This document shows positions 26,446 to 40,623 of a DNA stretch of 64,000 bases, piece after piece. Origin of the DNA: Eledone cirrhosa. Its lineage: Eukaryota. The notes under the pieces are model-generated. The model was not told the origin of the DNA, searched no databases, and was given only the letters and a program-made list of their open reading frames with translations. The translations under genes and the position numbers were made by a program. Position 1 is the stretch's first letter. Each line of letters begins with the position of its first letter. The stretch spans positions 112,406,001-112,470,000 of the forward strand of contig OZ024743.1 of NCBI GenBank assembly GCA_964016885.1, read 5' to 3'.

Positions 26446-27993
26446 GCAACACTAACACAAACACCATCAAGTCTAACACAAACAATACCAACACCATTAG
26501 CACCAATACCATAAGCAATATCAGTACCCCCCCCCCAAAAAAAAATCAATACCAGCATCCCCATCGCTGACCGTACCACAACACCAGCAGCATCATACCA
26601 ATTAGTAACACTGCAAGTATAAGTATAACAACTACAAACAAGGTTATTGTTTGTCATAAGTTATAACATTTGCAGTGATGATGATGGTGATACCAAAAGG
26701 TTAAACTATCATCCCGATCGCTCTCCAACAGGTTTCCGGTCGAAGACGTGGCAGTGGAGACTTCTTGTGTCCTTGGCCCTAGGGCTACCCCCAAAGAGTT
26801 GGCTACACCCATGTGTGGCCCTCACCAGCTGGAATGGCTCTTCTAACGCGTCTCCCTCACCATCCTCCGGGGAAACGCCTTCTCTATTCTGTCTACCGGG
26901 GCATGGGTCCCTATTTACTCCTAATAATAAGAAATTGGGAGAGCGGGAGAGACCGTGGCAGTGACAGTGGGAGTGTGTTTTTCTGTGTGTTCGGATCTGT
27001 TGTATATGTTTCCATGGACAAACACTCATGCATCTGTTTCCCATTTATTCACACGTTAGATAGATAAACCATATATCAACAACATAAGCAACAACCCACA
27101 CCATCATTGAAACTAAAATGACACGGTAGATTTCTAATATGGCAGGATAGTCACGGCTGGATCATGTCTTTTCATCAAACGTCTCCTCGTTCGCGATTGA
27201 AGTGGAAATAAAGACAGCAACAAAATCTCCATTATGAACTGAACAGAAGGGATTCATATACATTTTTTTCTTGTTATCCTAGTAACTCATAAAACAACGG
27301 AAATGTCACGGTTGGAATAATGTCGATGTTTGATTATAGTTTGTGTGGAAGCTAACACATCAAAAACAGCAACACCAACAACAGCGATAGCAGCAAAAAC
27401 GGAAAGAAGCAGCGTTTATTTTAAGGATTTCTTTAACAGCGTAAATATTTAAGGCAGGTGTCATAACCAAGTGTGTGACACGCATGTGGAACTGCTATAT
27501 TAAACATGTTATGAGTGTTTTAAATCTGTGAAAAAGGATTTATCTATTTGATAGAAAATAACATTCTGCACAAAATTAGATTTAGGACTACACACAACGG
27601 TCAACTGCATGTTAAATTGATCACAGGGACCAACAAATTTAGATTTTGAATAAGTACACAAGCTATGATATATTGCGTGTTAAAAGAATCAAAGGTACAC
27701 TAATTCAGATTTAAACTACATGAGCAAGCGTCAATCGTACCTTCAAATATTTCGTCTAAACAAGGTACATAAAGAGAAAGAAAGTATTATTTTCCTTTGG
27801 TCTGTAGCTAAGTACGTATCAAAATACTATCTTACAATTATTCAGGAACTGAAAATTTACATATTTACGTAACCAACATACTTTTCCTTCCTTTATATAT
27901 GTAGATGAACAAAATAAGCCGCATGCTTAGACGTAAAAATGGCTATTTCCACTTCTAAGAATGTCTCGTACCCAGTGCTGTACTGATAGATGA

Positions 27994-28027
<34 letters not shown>

Positions 28028-28126
28028 CACATTCTATCTCTTTTACATCCACTTTTTCTTTTTCACTTTTGTTTATTTCATACATACAAACACGCAGTCT
28101 CTCTTTGTTCAGACATGCATTCTGAT

Positions 28127-28169
<43 letters not shown>

Positions 28170-28622
28170 GATACACACGCAAACACAAATACACACACAC
28201 ACACACACACGCACAACTGCAGACATCGGTAAGATTTGAAATCAGAATATTAAATACATTGGAATTTGAATAATGTCAAGCTTTCAGATTAGTTACATAT
28301 AAATGAACCACTCTAAATCCCAACGGCAAAGCAAGAACTAAAACAAGACTTCAAGAAAATCATCAAAGTATGTATCATAAAGACAGAGAAGAATCGAAAA
28401 CTGCTTAAAAGACGAATACATCGGAAGTAAATGATTGAGGAGTTAAATGGGTGATTATCTTAATATACCACCATATCACTCCTGTTGGTATTCTAATGCT
28501 ATACCTAGTGGTAAAATTCTTTGATGAATCCTTTGTGAAATCACAGAAGAAATAAATAGTTTCCAACTTTTACTTATATTCTCTGTTGTTTCACATCTTC
28601 AATTTAAAGTATCTTTAGTGAA

Positions 28623-28855
28623 TGAGCGTGGTTTATTGCGTAGGGTATTCGGCTTACGATTGGAAAATCTTGAGTTCGATTCCCAGTAGTGCGTTGTGCA
28701 TTTGAGCAAGACACGTTGCTCAAGTTCATACAGCTGGAACAAATTAGTCGTACATGCAATTTAAAGGATCAGCCTTGTCTCAATGTATCACGCTGAAACT
28801 TGATAAAAACTATGTTAAAGGTACTAGTGTCTGGGAAATGCTCAGCCACTCTCTC
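28623..28855 (+). mobile_element. tRNA-derived SINE (second family)
   Basis: B-box GAGTTCGATTCC followed by GCGTTGTG..TTGAGCAAGACAC; relatives at 32.2, 50.9 and 60.3 kb. Confidence 0.7.
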
Positions 28856-30504
28856 CAATTTTCTCTTGCTCCAATTCTTTCCCTTTCTCCCATTCCACGA
28901 GCAATGATGTTTTTGTATACATGCAAAATAGCTGACTGGCTAAAGAAGTTTGTTTCAAAATTGTAACGTCCTGGGCTGAATATCACTGTTTAGACTATTT
29001 TATAAGTGACTTGAACATAGACTTCAGTCAAAACAATTGTTTTGAGTGGACACCAGAACTCTTGCATCCACTCCCCGTTCTTTTCCCTCCCTCTTCTTCT
29101 TTCTTTTCTCTATATTTCCCTATTCTTTTTTTTCTTCTGTTTCCTTTTTTCTTTTTGTTATTTCCGTTATTATAGTTGTCATTATTATTATTGTAGTCAC
29201 ATTAATAAACATACAATTCAGTAGAAGAATATTTAAAAATTCAGCCTTCTTTCCACGAGCATATGCCTGAGATTCATTTATGAGTATTACTAGTAAATAG
29301 CTGCTGTGTTTTTCAAGAATATGTTTAAGGTTTTCTCTATGATTATTATTTACTTAATTTCAGAGATATGTCTATAAAAACAACACCACTATTTTTGGTT
29401 AAACTATTTGAGTGGATCACTGAGGTAATTTTTAATCCTATATATTTCAGGACCATTTTATTAATTCTTCATCACTGTGTAGCTTTGGTAATATTGGCTC
29501 AAATTTTGCCTGGATAAATTTCACACTAATAATGCATTTAATTACGTTTCGTTCCCAACCAAGCCCACCGTAGGAAGACGAATGTTTTTGTGCCACTAAA
29601 TATGACATATCCATATGTATGTCACGAATACGAAAAAATTTGCTGCCTAATTTTTAAAGTTTTTTGATGCGAAATTGTTCATTATCAAACTGTGTAAATT
29701 TACAATAATGCTTATCGCCTCCGTCATTGCAGCAATTAATAACAGAAGTGTTATTAATCTACAGTAAATAGTAAGTTGCTTCGAAAATGGTAGTCTTAAC
29801 CTTAACTAATTGGCGTGTAGCGGGGCGTAAAAGCAGCACTTAGGACCTGTTGAGACGAAAATATTGTACATGCGTGAGCACATATACATATATATCGGGA
29901 GACGAGTGTATATGCGTGTGTGCATGTTTGGGAGTGAGTGCATGTGTATATTCCATTAGATATTTATCTGTATATGTATGGTTATATGAATGTGTAATAA
30001 TAGGTGATGTGAGGGGTGAGTGTGTGTACAAATGTAAGCATTCAATGTACACTTAATGCTTCGTGATTTCATGTTACAACTAATAAACGATCTAGTTGCC
30101 AACATTTTTATATTGCGAGAATATCGTAAACAAATCTTTATACTTCTGTACAACGTAATAACGTAATAACAGTTAATGTGGTGTGGTAGATAAATATATA
30201 CATATATACCAGGTCCAAACACAATGAAACCAAACTATCACTGTTACTGCCTCCGTCTCTCCCCGTCTCACTATCTCTCACTATTGTGAGCAATTGGAGG
30301 CCCACGCGCTGGCCACCCAACGGCCCCGGGTGAGAGAATAGAGAAGGCGTTTCCCTGGAGGATGTGTATCGACCTGTTATGCGCGTTTCGCAGATTGGCT
30401 TAGGGAACCCCGTAGAAATTATCGACTCCATTATCGATATACTTTTCAGACGAGCGATCCAACAGAAAAAAATTAAAAACACGTAAACGAAACTTCATCG
30501 TTTT

Positions 30505-30935
<431 letters not shown>

Positions 30936-32532
30936 GATGAAGTATGTATGTACGTGTGTGAGTGTCGGAGGTTTTGTATGTGTGTATGTATTTAATTGTT
31001 TTTCTTTCATTAGATACCTTTTATAAGTGGTTTTAGTATAACATTGTGGGTTGAAACTAATATTGTGTTGTGGTAAATTCAACACTGCTTATAATTAAAT
31101 CATTTCCTTAATCTAATATAAAAATAAATGCATTACTGTATAATTTAATTATTTCAAACAATACAGAATAGAATGTAAATAAAGTAATAATAATAATAAT
31201 AATAGAAACAACAAAAACAATAATAATGATTTTTTTTATTCTCTACTTGCCACTAAGGACTCATTTTAACATACAAAAAGTAAAATAGGGAGTGGTTACA
31301 TAACGTGTGAGAAATGCCAAAACGTATAAATGAGGGGAGTTTCAGAATTGTTATAAAATGTATAATTGGACGTGTTAAAAATTTGCCATGAATTAAATCT
31401 ACAGAATAAATAGATAATTATTTTAATAATACAAATTAATTTCTAAAATATATGATTTTATTATATTGAAAAACAAAATACATTTTAAAAATCAAGAAAA
31501 TCTTTCAAGCTAACTCATCCGCACACGAGTAAAAATTACTAGGTTGAGTCAGAGCACATTATGAATCTGCCAGCCGGCCACTCATTGACTTAGAAACGAA
31601 TGCAGCTATGTGCACGTGTAATAATTTCGAGAGTACATTCAGCTTTGTATTTTCGTGACAAAATCTGAAAACTGGTAACATGGTCTATTCAAAAAACTTT
31701 TTAGCTTTCATATCAGTTATATTAATCGTGACTTTGTGATTACACAATCTTGAATTTTGAGGAGCTGGTGGGTATGGGTGAATTTTCGTGAGAGACCTTT
31801 TGCATTCAAATGTTATTTAATTTGGTTTCATTCTGTTTAACCCTTTCCTTCCTTTTTTTATTTATTCCTATACTTTTTCAGTCCCCATCTCCTACCAGTT
31901 CCGCGTGACGGTGAATGAAACAGCAGCTCTGAGGTTGTAATAGAAGAGATTTAATGAATTATCGGTTCCATACAACTTCGGAGCATGGTATCTGTTGTCC
32001 TGAGGTGCGATAATGTCATTTATCTCTGCATCCGACGTGGTCGTCTTTATAGTTTTTAACCAATGGTACTGTTGAATCAACGACACAAACATAGCATAGT
32101 TATCTCCTCTGCCATTTGCATCTCTTATGCCTGATATTATTTCTCCATCTGGTGTTGTCAGCCATATCACTTCTCCGTCCTTTCACGTTTTCCAGTCTGT
32201 GCAGTAGATCTTTATTTAGTTCGTACAAATAGATGAGTGAAGATGCATGGGTTAAGATCGCAAGGTCGGGAGTTCAATTCATGATCACACGTTGTGTCTT
32301 GGAGGATGACACTTTATATAAGTATTATTAAAAGATCTAAGGCCATAATCAGTTGATTGATTCAGGTTCATTTAAAACTCCGTTATACATATTTTACTGA
32401 GGACTATCTGTTATGATAGTCTTGAGACGGCAAAATCTATAAAAACTTGAAAACGTAGAAAGTATGTAAGTATATATATATATATATTAAAATACAAATA
32501 TTAATAAAATAGATGTTCTTTTGATCAATTAA

Positions 32533-32584
32533 ATTTTATTATACATTTTCGGAGGTACATCAGTACGTCCTCATCAGACAAAAT
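32533..32584 (-). ncRNA. Type I hammerhead ribozyme (stem III decayed)
   Basis: attttgt-CTGATGA-ggacgtac tgat gtacctcc-GAAA-ATGTA-TA-ataaaat. Confidence 0.55.
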
Positions 32585-33342
32585 ATAATGATACATGACA
32601 TACCCTGAGATGTTAAATGGTTAAGATTTATTTAATCAAGGTAGTGATTAACCTAAGAGAAAACTCAACATGTATACCCTAATAATGAGAAAAATGCGAA
32701 AACGTAATAAATTCAATAGAGAATGTGTGAGTAAGAAAAACGTTGGTTAATGTGACAGCTATAGAGATTTTAAAATGTAGGATACTACAAGTTATAGTTA
32801 TCTAGGAAAACATCAAATGAATTATAACTGTCCATGAGGGCCGATGAAAGAGGATTTAAAGAGAGGGAAAGATAAAGGGGAGTAATATATGCAGAAAGAG
32901 ATTTTTTTCCCAAAAGCTAAACGGTGAAGTTTCAAAATATTTAATTTATGTTATTTTAAGGGGGAAGAATCAAGATTTTAGGTTTTTTTAAAAGTTGCTG
33001 GTTATTTATATTTATTAATTTTATAAATTCTATAAGTGTGTTAACATTTCTAAACTTCTCAATTTTATGAGGATAAAATTTAAAGGATTTACCTGGCCAA
33101 CGAAAGGAAACTTTACACTGTTGAATATTTTCCTAAATGTATTACCTATACAAATGTCAACATTTTCGGTATGTAAAGCTTATGAAGTACTTATTGTTAG
33201 AAATATTTAAATATTTAAAAATTTAAATATTTAAATATTTGTATTTTAATATTAATAACTCTGGAAAATTATTTTTTGTAGAGTGCTTCCAAACTACTGC
33301 AAAACTCATTCTTTGATGTACTCATTGAATCTTGTTTAACAC

Positions 33343-33402
<60 letters not shown>

Positions 33403-33404
<2 letters not shown>

Positions 33405-33575
33405 AAGGCGGGTAAAATTCCCGAGATCCATGGACGAGTTCTCTCCAGCGGTCTCTGTCCCTCATTATCGCTGCCATATCCTGCATCTCCAACAGACCAG
33501 TGTCTGTCCTTAGGGCATCAACATATGTTAACCTTGGTCTTCCTCTTCTAGTGTGTCCATGTAGGGGCTCCCAAT
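33403..33575 (-). pseudogene. 3' end of RTE/RTE-X-like LINE ORF, 5'-truncated
   Basis: WEPLHGHTRRGRPRLTYVDALRTDTGL...MRDRDRWRELV matches the typical RTE C-terminal RGRP..W/Y..D..DR..WR motif; ends in (TA)n. Confidence 0.75.
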
Positions 33576-33889
33576 TGAAGTACTTCCGTAGGAAAGATAA
33601 AGGAAAAGAGAGTGCTCTATGTAGGCTACAGAGCTTTATAGGTATGGCATAACTATATATATATATATATATATATACAGAGTGGGGGGGGGGCAAGTGT
33701 TAAGAAATCTAAGACAATACGAAATGGAGGGTAAAATATTGTCTTAGCTGGGATTTATTATTATAGAGAGATGGGAGAAAGGGAAGAGAGTATATTATTT
33801 ATATTGAGTGAGTGGAAAGAGAGTGAGCCAGAAATATTGAGAGAGTGGGAAGTTTATATATTTAAGCATATATACAAACAGGGTGCGAT

Positions 33890-34820
33890 GAATTGTGAGA
33901 GTGAGATAGTGTGAGGCATGTAATGGGATATAGAGAGGGTGAGAGATGTATGATGCTTTAGGTAGCGAGAGGAAATTGTGAGAGTAATTGAGAGTGAGGC
34001 ATGTAGTGGGATATAGAGAGCCGGGAGAGTTTAGTGGCTTAGGTAGAGAGGGGAAATTTTGAGAGTGGTTGGGGGAGAGGCATGTAGTGGCATATAGAGA
34101 GGGGAAGAAAATAATGACTGTCTAGTGAGAGAGGGTGAATTATGAGAGTGCTAGAGATTGGGGGGTGTAATGGTATATAGAGAGGATGAGAGAAGTTTGG
34201 TGGTTTAGTGAGGGAGGAGAAATTGTGAGAGTGATTGAGAGAGAGGCATGTAGTGGGATATAGAGAGGGAGTTTGGTGCTTTGGTGAGAGAAGGGGAATT
34301 GAGAGAGAGTGTGTTATTCAGTTGGATATAGAGAGGGGTGTACTGTTGGTCAAGTGAGAGTGAGGCAAGTAGTGGGATATAGAGAGAAATAAAGAATTTG
34401 GCGGTTTAGTGAGAAAGGATGATTTGAGAGAGAGTGAGGTATGTAATGGAATAGAGAGAGGGGGAGAAAAGTTTGTTGGTTTTGGTGAAAGAGGAGGTAT
34501 TGTAACAGAGAGATTGAGGCATGTATTGGGTTATAGAGAGGGACGGAGATGTTTGGTGGTCTAGTGAGAGAAGGAGTATTATGAGATTGAAAGTCACTGA
34601 GGCATGTAGTGAGACAAAGAAAGGGGGAGAAAAGTTTTGTAGTGTAGTGAGAGAGGAGGAATTATGAGAGTGATGTAAAGTGAGGCATGTTCTGGGATAT
34701 AAAGAGGGAGAGATAAGTTGGTGATCTAGTTAGAGAGGGGAGATTGTCAAAGATTAAGGTATGTAGTAGGATATAGAGAGGGGAAGAGACGTTTCGAGCT
34801 TCAGTGAGAGGGGGGAGGAT
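33890..34820. repeat. Degenerate ~82-bp purine-rich tandem repeat
   Basis: GTGAGGCATGTAGTGGGATATAGAGAG recurs roughly every 80-85 nt. Confidence 0.75.
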
Positions 34821-34972
34821 TGTGTGAATAAACTAGATATATATCCTGCTTACTCTCTACCCCTCTTAATATATCTAGCTTACTCTCTCCCCTTCACTCA
34901 ATATACATAGATACATACATACATACATACATACATACATACATACATACATACATACATACATACATACAT

Positions 34973-35014
<42 letters not shown>

Positions 35015-35024
35015 GCATATTCAT

Positions 35025-35070
<46 letters not shown>

Positions 35071-35211
35071 TATTTATGTAGGGCACGGAGCGTATGTGCA
35101 TTAACACATATGTACCGTGTCGTATTTTGACAGTATTGTATAAGCTCAATGTACGAGAACAGAGCCGTATATGTAAAATAAATCAAAGAACGCTTACATA
35201 CTCAAACAGTT

Positions 35212-35271
35212 TTTATTTGCTGACAATGTTTCATCCATACCGATGGGCAGGAATCATCAGAGCTTAATAAA
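35212..35271 (-). ncRNA. Type I hammerhead ribozyme
   Basis: tttattaagct-CTGATGA-ttcc..ggat-GAAA-CATTG-TC-agcaaataaa. Confidence 0.55.
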
Positions 35272-37252
35272 CAAAAACACAGTGCTGAGTATAAACTCTA
35301 CCAAGCTTAGTCACACAAAAAATTGGAATACAATAGAGGGTAAAAATAGGGAGATCGGAGATGGCGATTAAGGAGAGAGTACATGTTGGGGTTTTTATTA
35401 AGCACTACAGCTAAATGCTTGGGTACAGGCAGATTTTTTCACAAGATGCAGATGCAAGTGATGGCACACAAATGCAACATTAGGATTATTAAAACTCCCT
35501 CTACCATGGAACCTATATTTTATACTATCTGTTTGAACACAACCTGTTTGAACACTCCCCCATAATAGAAATAGTGAAGCTATCGGGCTTATTAACATAT
35601 CATTAGGTAACCGAGTTTTAATGGTCTTTCGTATGACACACCTGACAATGAATAATATTGTTTTTATTTGTTATTTTTATTTGTAGTATTAGTATGATTT
35701 TATAGATCGTTAGCGTAACGTCCTTAATATTGATGACGAATGTTAATGGATCATATATAGCAGCTTATTACTATTACGAGGAAGGTAATTCCACTACTCG
35801 GCCCATTGGACTTAGTCCCACAGACCCATATGGGCGTATCTAGTTAAATAGTTATACCCTCCCTAATACGGGACTTGTGTGCACTGACCACTCCCCACAC
35901 CTAGTAATACATGCAGGTCATACCGGGCTTGAGAACACCGTGCTTGCACCTTAGGAATGTGTGAGTTCCCTTTACCGTAGAATTTAAATTTTATACTTCT
36001 GCTTGAACCCAACCTGTTTGAACACTCCCCCACAATGGAATTTCTAATGCTATTATTGGGCTTATTGACTTTTCATAAAGTAACCGAGTTTAAATAGTAT
36101 TTAGTATGACACACTTGACAATGCTGGAGGTCCATTAATAATTAATAACAATATAGTTTTTATTTGTACGAATTTGTTGAATTAGTATGAGTTTCTGTTG
36201 GTGATTAAAAATAATTTTTTTGTTGGCAGTTCGAATTATAGATGACAAATTAGAGTAGTCCCCCCCCCCCCTTTCTTTACCACTATAACGTCATTATTTG
36301 ATGACTGAAAACGGCATGAATTGATGTGTATGTATATACCCATAGCGGTGACGAACGAAAGAGCATGTTTTATGGAGCCGAATTTCTAAATTTCTGCGGG
36401 GTATGTAAGCTGTCTTATATAATCTCTGTATATCTGTTTGGGTATAACCCCATCTAGCAGACATACTAGGGTACCTGGTGGATTTAATGACTTGAGCACT
36501 TTGTGTTATTTTCTTTTCTGTTTTGTATAGATTGTTAACCCAGGTGCTGTTCGGATTGCTGCTGAAATTAACCTGGCATTGTTTTTGATGTGTTCGCGGC
36601 TGGATTGTGTATGGAGATTTGGGTTGTACAGAATCTGGAACTGAAACTTGAACACATTATGCTTCACGGTCTTAAACATGTGGAGATTTTTTATGTATAA
36701 ATCCAGCATGTAATACATGTTACTAAATGTGATGTTATGTTTGGGTGATTCTATAAATCCAACTAATTTGTACTTTATGAACGATCTACATATGTTGTAT
36801 AATCTAAACTAATTTGTTATCTACTGACAATCCAATATCTCTATAACCCCTAGACAATCGGGGCATATGTAACCGATTGGTCTAACCTCTACGGTACATA
36901 TGCATATGTAGTAACTCTTTGCCAGATGTGTGTTTTACAGTAACTAAACCATTGTTGTTGGGCTTTTGCTTCAGCTCTATCTTGTAATAACCCCGCTTTG
37001 CTTGTGTATGGCTTGTATATATGTGGTACCTGTCTATATACTTGTTGAACACCCATGGGCCACGTAATTCAATTACCTACTAGTATATCTTGTTTATGTA
37101 TACTATGGCGAGGATTAAAATCACTATGGGCTTTCTTGAGGTACCTTAAGAACCTCTTAGTATTTATATAACTATAAGTTACGGAGATCTTATTCACTTG
37201 TTATATATAGGGACCAGCGCTTAACTTCCACTGGCTTTTTATGTGCTTAAAA

Positions 37253-37815
37253 CTTTTTTTTTTTTTTTTTTTTTTTTTCTTATTTCTTTTTTTCATTTTT
37301 TCTCTTTTTTTCTTTTTTCTGTTTTCTTTTTTCTTTTTCCTTTTTTCTTTTTTTTTTCTTTTTTCTGTTTTCTTTTTTCTTTTTTCTTTTTTCTTTTTTC
37401 TTTTTTCTTTTTTCTTTTTTCTTTTTTCTTTTTTTTTCTTTTTTCTTTTTTTTTTCTTTATTCTTTATTCTTTTTTATTTTTTATTTTTTATTTTTTATT
37501 TTTTATTTTTTATTTTTTTATTTTTTATTTTTTATTTTTTATTTTTTATTTTTTATTTTTTTTTTTTTTTTTTTATTTTTTCTTTTTTATTTTTTTTTTT
37601 TTTATTTTTTTTCTTTTCTATTTTTTCTTTTTTCTTTTTTCTTTTTTCTTTTTTATTTTTTCTTTATTCTTTTTTCTTTTTTCTTTTTTCTTTTTTCTTT
37701 TTTCTTTTTTCTTTTTTCTTTTTTTCTTTTTTCTTTTTTTTTCTTTTTTCTTTTTTCTCTTTTTTTCTTTTTTTCTTTTTTTCTTTTTTTCTTTTTTTCT
37801 TTTTCTTTTTTTTTT
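37253..37815. repeat. ~560-bp T-rich (TTTTTTC/TTTTTTA)n tract
   Basis: Direct reading; the poly-Phe ORFs are artefacts. Confidence 0.95.
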
Positions 37816-38985
37816 AAGTTTAAGAACAATTAACCCTGATAATGTACTCCCGCTACGTTGATGATATAAACATCGTAGTTAAGACACCCCCACTAGAGAA
37901 CAGTCAGGAACTAGAGAAAAACACAATGGAAAGCATCCAGCAAATAGTTAACTCCATCCACCAGAGCATTAGAGTTACTATAGACTACCCAAGTAAACAC
38001 CCCAACCATCGATTACCTGTACTAGACACAGAGCTCTGGTTAGATACCATTAATAACAAAAAACAAATCCTCCATTCCCATTATGCCAAACCCATGACTT
38101 CCAAACATCTGATCCACCGAAACTCGGCCGTTTCGGACCATACCAAAATCAACATACTGATTGCGGATTTGGTACGGGTGATGAGAAATGTGTCCCGCAT
38201 GTGCAACCCCGAAAAAACTAGAGAGACACATACAACACTTCATCCACCCTATGCAGTTCTCTGGCTACAATCAGAGAGATAGAATCAGAGTGTATAGAGG
38301 AGCCAGAACCAAATGGGAAAAAATGGTAAATAATGACATAAATGGGACCTGCCCCTTGTATAGGTGCAAGTTTTGGAATAGAATAGAAAGAACTAGGAAC
38401 AAGGCTAATAGAATAAACTCATGGTATGATAGCAATAAATACCAGAGTGTAATGTTCATCGATACAATCCCTAGAGGTGAATTAGCTTACAAATTTAGAA
38501 GGGCCCTAAATAAACATAAACTCAATATTAAGATAGTAGAAAGACCAGGTACCTCCGTAAAAACACTTATTAGCAAGACATACCCTTTTCAAAGACCCTC
38601 ATGTATAGATAAGAAATGTATAACCTGTAAAATAAGCCCCCATTTTAACTGTAAAACTAGAAATGTAGTGTATAGCATAAGATGTACTGAAGGACAATGT
38701 AGAGACAAAAATATAGTGTACATAGGTGAGACAGCTCGTAGTGTAGGGGAACGGATAAATGAACACTGGCGAGACCTTCAAGATAGTAAAGAATCATCTG
38801 TACTCTACCAACATGCTAAAATAGAACACAAGGGTAAATTAGAGAACATAGAAATAAAAATAGAATCTACACACAGAAAAGACGCAATGTTTAGACAAAT
38901 TACAGAGGCAATAAACATAAAAGAATTACAACCAAAATTAAATAGAAAATATGAGTGGAACAGCAACATCACAACTTACAATTAA
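37816..38985 (+). pseudogene. Penelope-like element RT C-terminus plus GIY-YIG endonuclease, 5'-truncated, one frameshift
   Basis: RYVDD RT motif, LPVLDTEL, HYAKPMTS..IH.NSA; CIDKKCITC linker; CKTRNVVYSIRC..C..YIGETARSVGERINEH..H..H..EAINI..P.LN (GIY-YIG); extra A in the A6 run at ~38212-38217 joins ORFs 37842 and 38188. Confidence 0.92.
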
Positions 38986-39187
38986 GGACAAAATGAAAAC
39001 ACACACACACATAGAACAAACAACCAACCAGTAACATATAAATAAACAAATAAATAAATGAACATAAACACACACAGACACCCGGATGTGGCGCATGCGC
39101 AGACTGAGCACACAACAAACGCACAGAAACAAAATGGCATAGGACAGAACAAAGAAGAGGCACAGAAACAAAGAAAGGAATCCCCAA

Positions 39188-39228
39188 TCACTGAAGAGGT
39201 CACAGAGTGTGTGACGAAAGAACTATGA
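39188..39228 (+). ncRNA. Hammerhead-like motif in PLE 3' pLTR
   Basis: tca-CTGAAGA-g-gtcaca gagtg tgtgac-GAAA-GAAC-TA-tga, ~200 nt after the GIY-YIG stop; stem I short. Confidence 0.55.
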
Positions 39229-39451
39229 CAATGTATAAACAACTATCTGGTTGTGGAACCAACCAACCAACCAGAAATTTATAAATTTATAAATTTATTA
39301 TAAATTTATTATAAATTTATTATAATAAATTGAAGTGAAAGCAACTGGTGCGTGTGTTTCTTATTGGCAACATGACCCTCCCAAAGTATAACAATATCGG
39401 TTTCAACACACGATATCAGATAAAGAATCTTGCTAAACAAATTCAGAAACG

Positions 39452-39518
<67 letters not shown>

Positions 39519-39543
39519 ACAGGAGGAACAATGAATATAACAC

Positions 39544-39581
39544 CACTGACGATGTTGCAGATGTGCAACGAAAGATTTATG
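39544..39581 (+). ncRNA. Hammerhead-like motif (related architecture)
   Basis: ca-CTGACGA-t-gttgca gatg tgcaac-GAAA-GATT-TA-tg; weak stem I. Confidence 0.45.
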
Positions 39582-39831
39582 TAAATTATGTAAACTATAT
39601 ATATGTGTTTGTGTCTATATTGTATCTGTATTATTTTTGACCGCCTGTCAGTCAATGGCAACATTGAGGACCGAGTAAGTTAGATCGCAGATATAAAAGA
39701 CAGCGAGAAGCGAAAACCAACCAAACAGTGAGTGTGTTCTGTTATTAATTCTGGCAATATTACGCAAATATGACCCTCCCCAAATATAACGATATATATA
39801 TACATACATACATATATACACACACACACAT

Positions 39832-39876
<45 letters not shown>

Positions 39877-40173
39877 TAGAGAGATATAATAAGAGGTCGC
39901 GCATGCGTGAATGTTTGTAGGTACGAATATTTACGCTAGGTCCTGCTAGCTTTATATTATTCAATCTGCTATTCAGTGACTTCATTAATATGTATAACTG
40001 TCTGCTGACTTTTGAGGCTTTTCTCTGTTTTTTTTCAACATATCCATCTATCATTTCTCTCTATTATTTTCCAGCTAGCACCAGATATCCCTATATACCT
40101 TTCCTTTGAAGCGAAAACCTATTAATATATACATATATCCACACAATCACACTTACACATACGCACAATCTTG

Positions 40174-40204
<31 letters not shown>

Positions 40205-40210
40205 GTATAT

Positions 40211-40288
<78 letters not shown>

Positions 40289-40341
40289 TAGATATATATA
40301 CGATATTAAATAAATGGAAACTATATTTATAAAACCATATT

Positions 40342-40407
40342 TATTTCATTATATATATTTCAGGGATATCATATTAAAAATATGGTATGCCTTCTTCAGA
40401 CAAAATA
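40342..40407 (-). ncRNA. Type I hammerhead ribozyme
   Basis: Reverse complement of the 40558 motif. Confidence 0.7.
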
Positions 40408-40557
40408 CAATATAAACAGTCTTATAAATAGAAGGATTTGACATACCTTACAACTTCAACTTTCATTTAAAAAGTTGATTTGGTAATCAACTTTTTAAAT
40501 GAAAGTTGAAGTTGTAAGGTATGTCAAATCTATCTATTTATAAGACTGTTTATATTG

Positions 40558-40623
40558 TATTTTGTCTGAAGAAGGCATACCATATTTTTAATATGATATC
40601 CCTGAAATATATATAATGAAATA
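40558..40623 (+). ncRNA. Type I hammerhead ribozyme
   Basis: tattttgt-CTGAAGA-agg..catat..atatg..cct-GAAA-TATATA-TA-atgaaata. Confidence 0.7.

Noticed and set aside
37241-37861. Poly-Phe ORFs
   Set aside because: T-rich tract artefact
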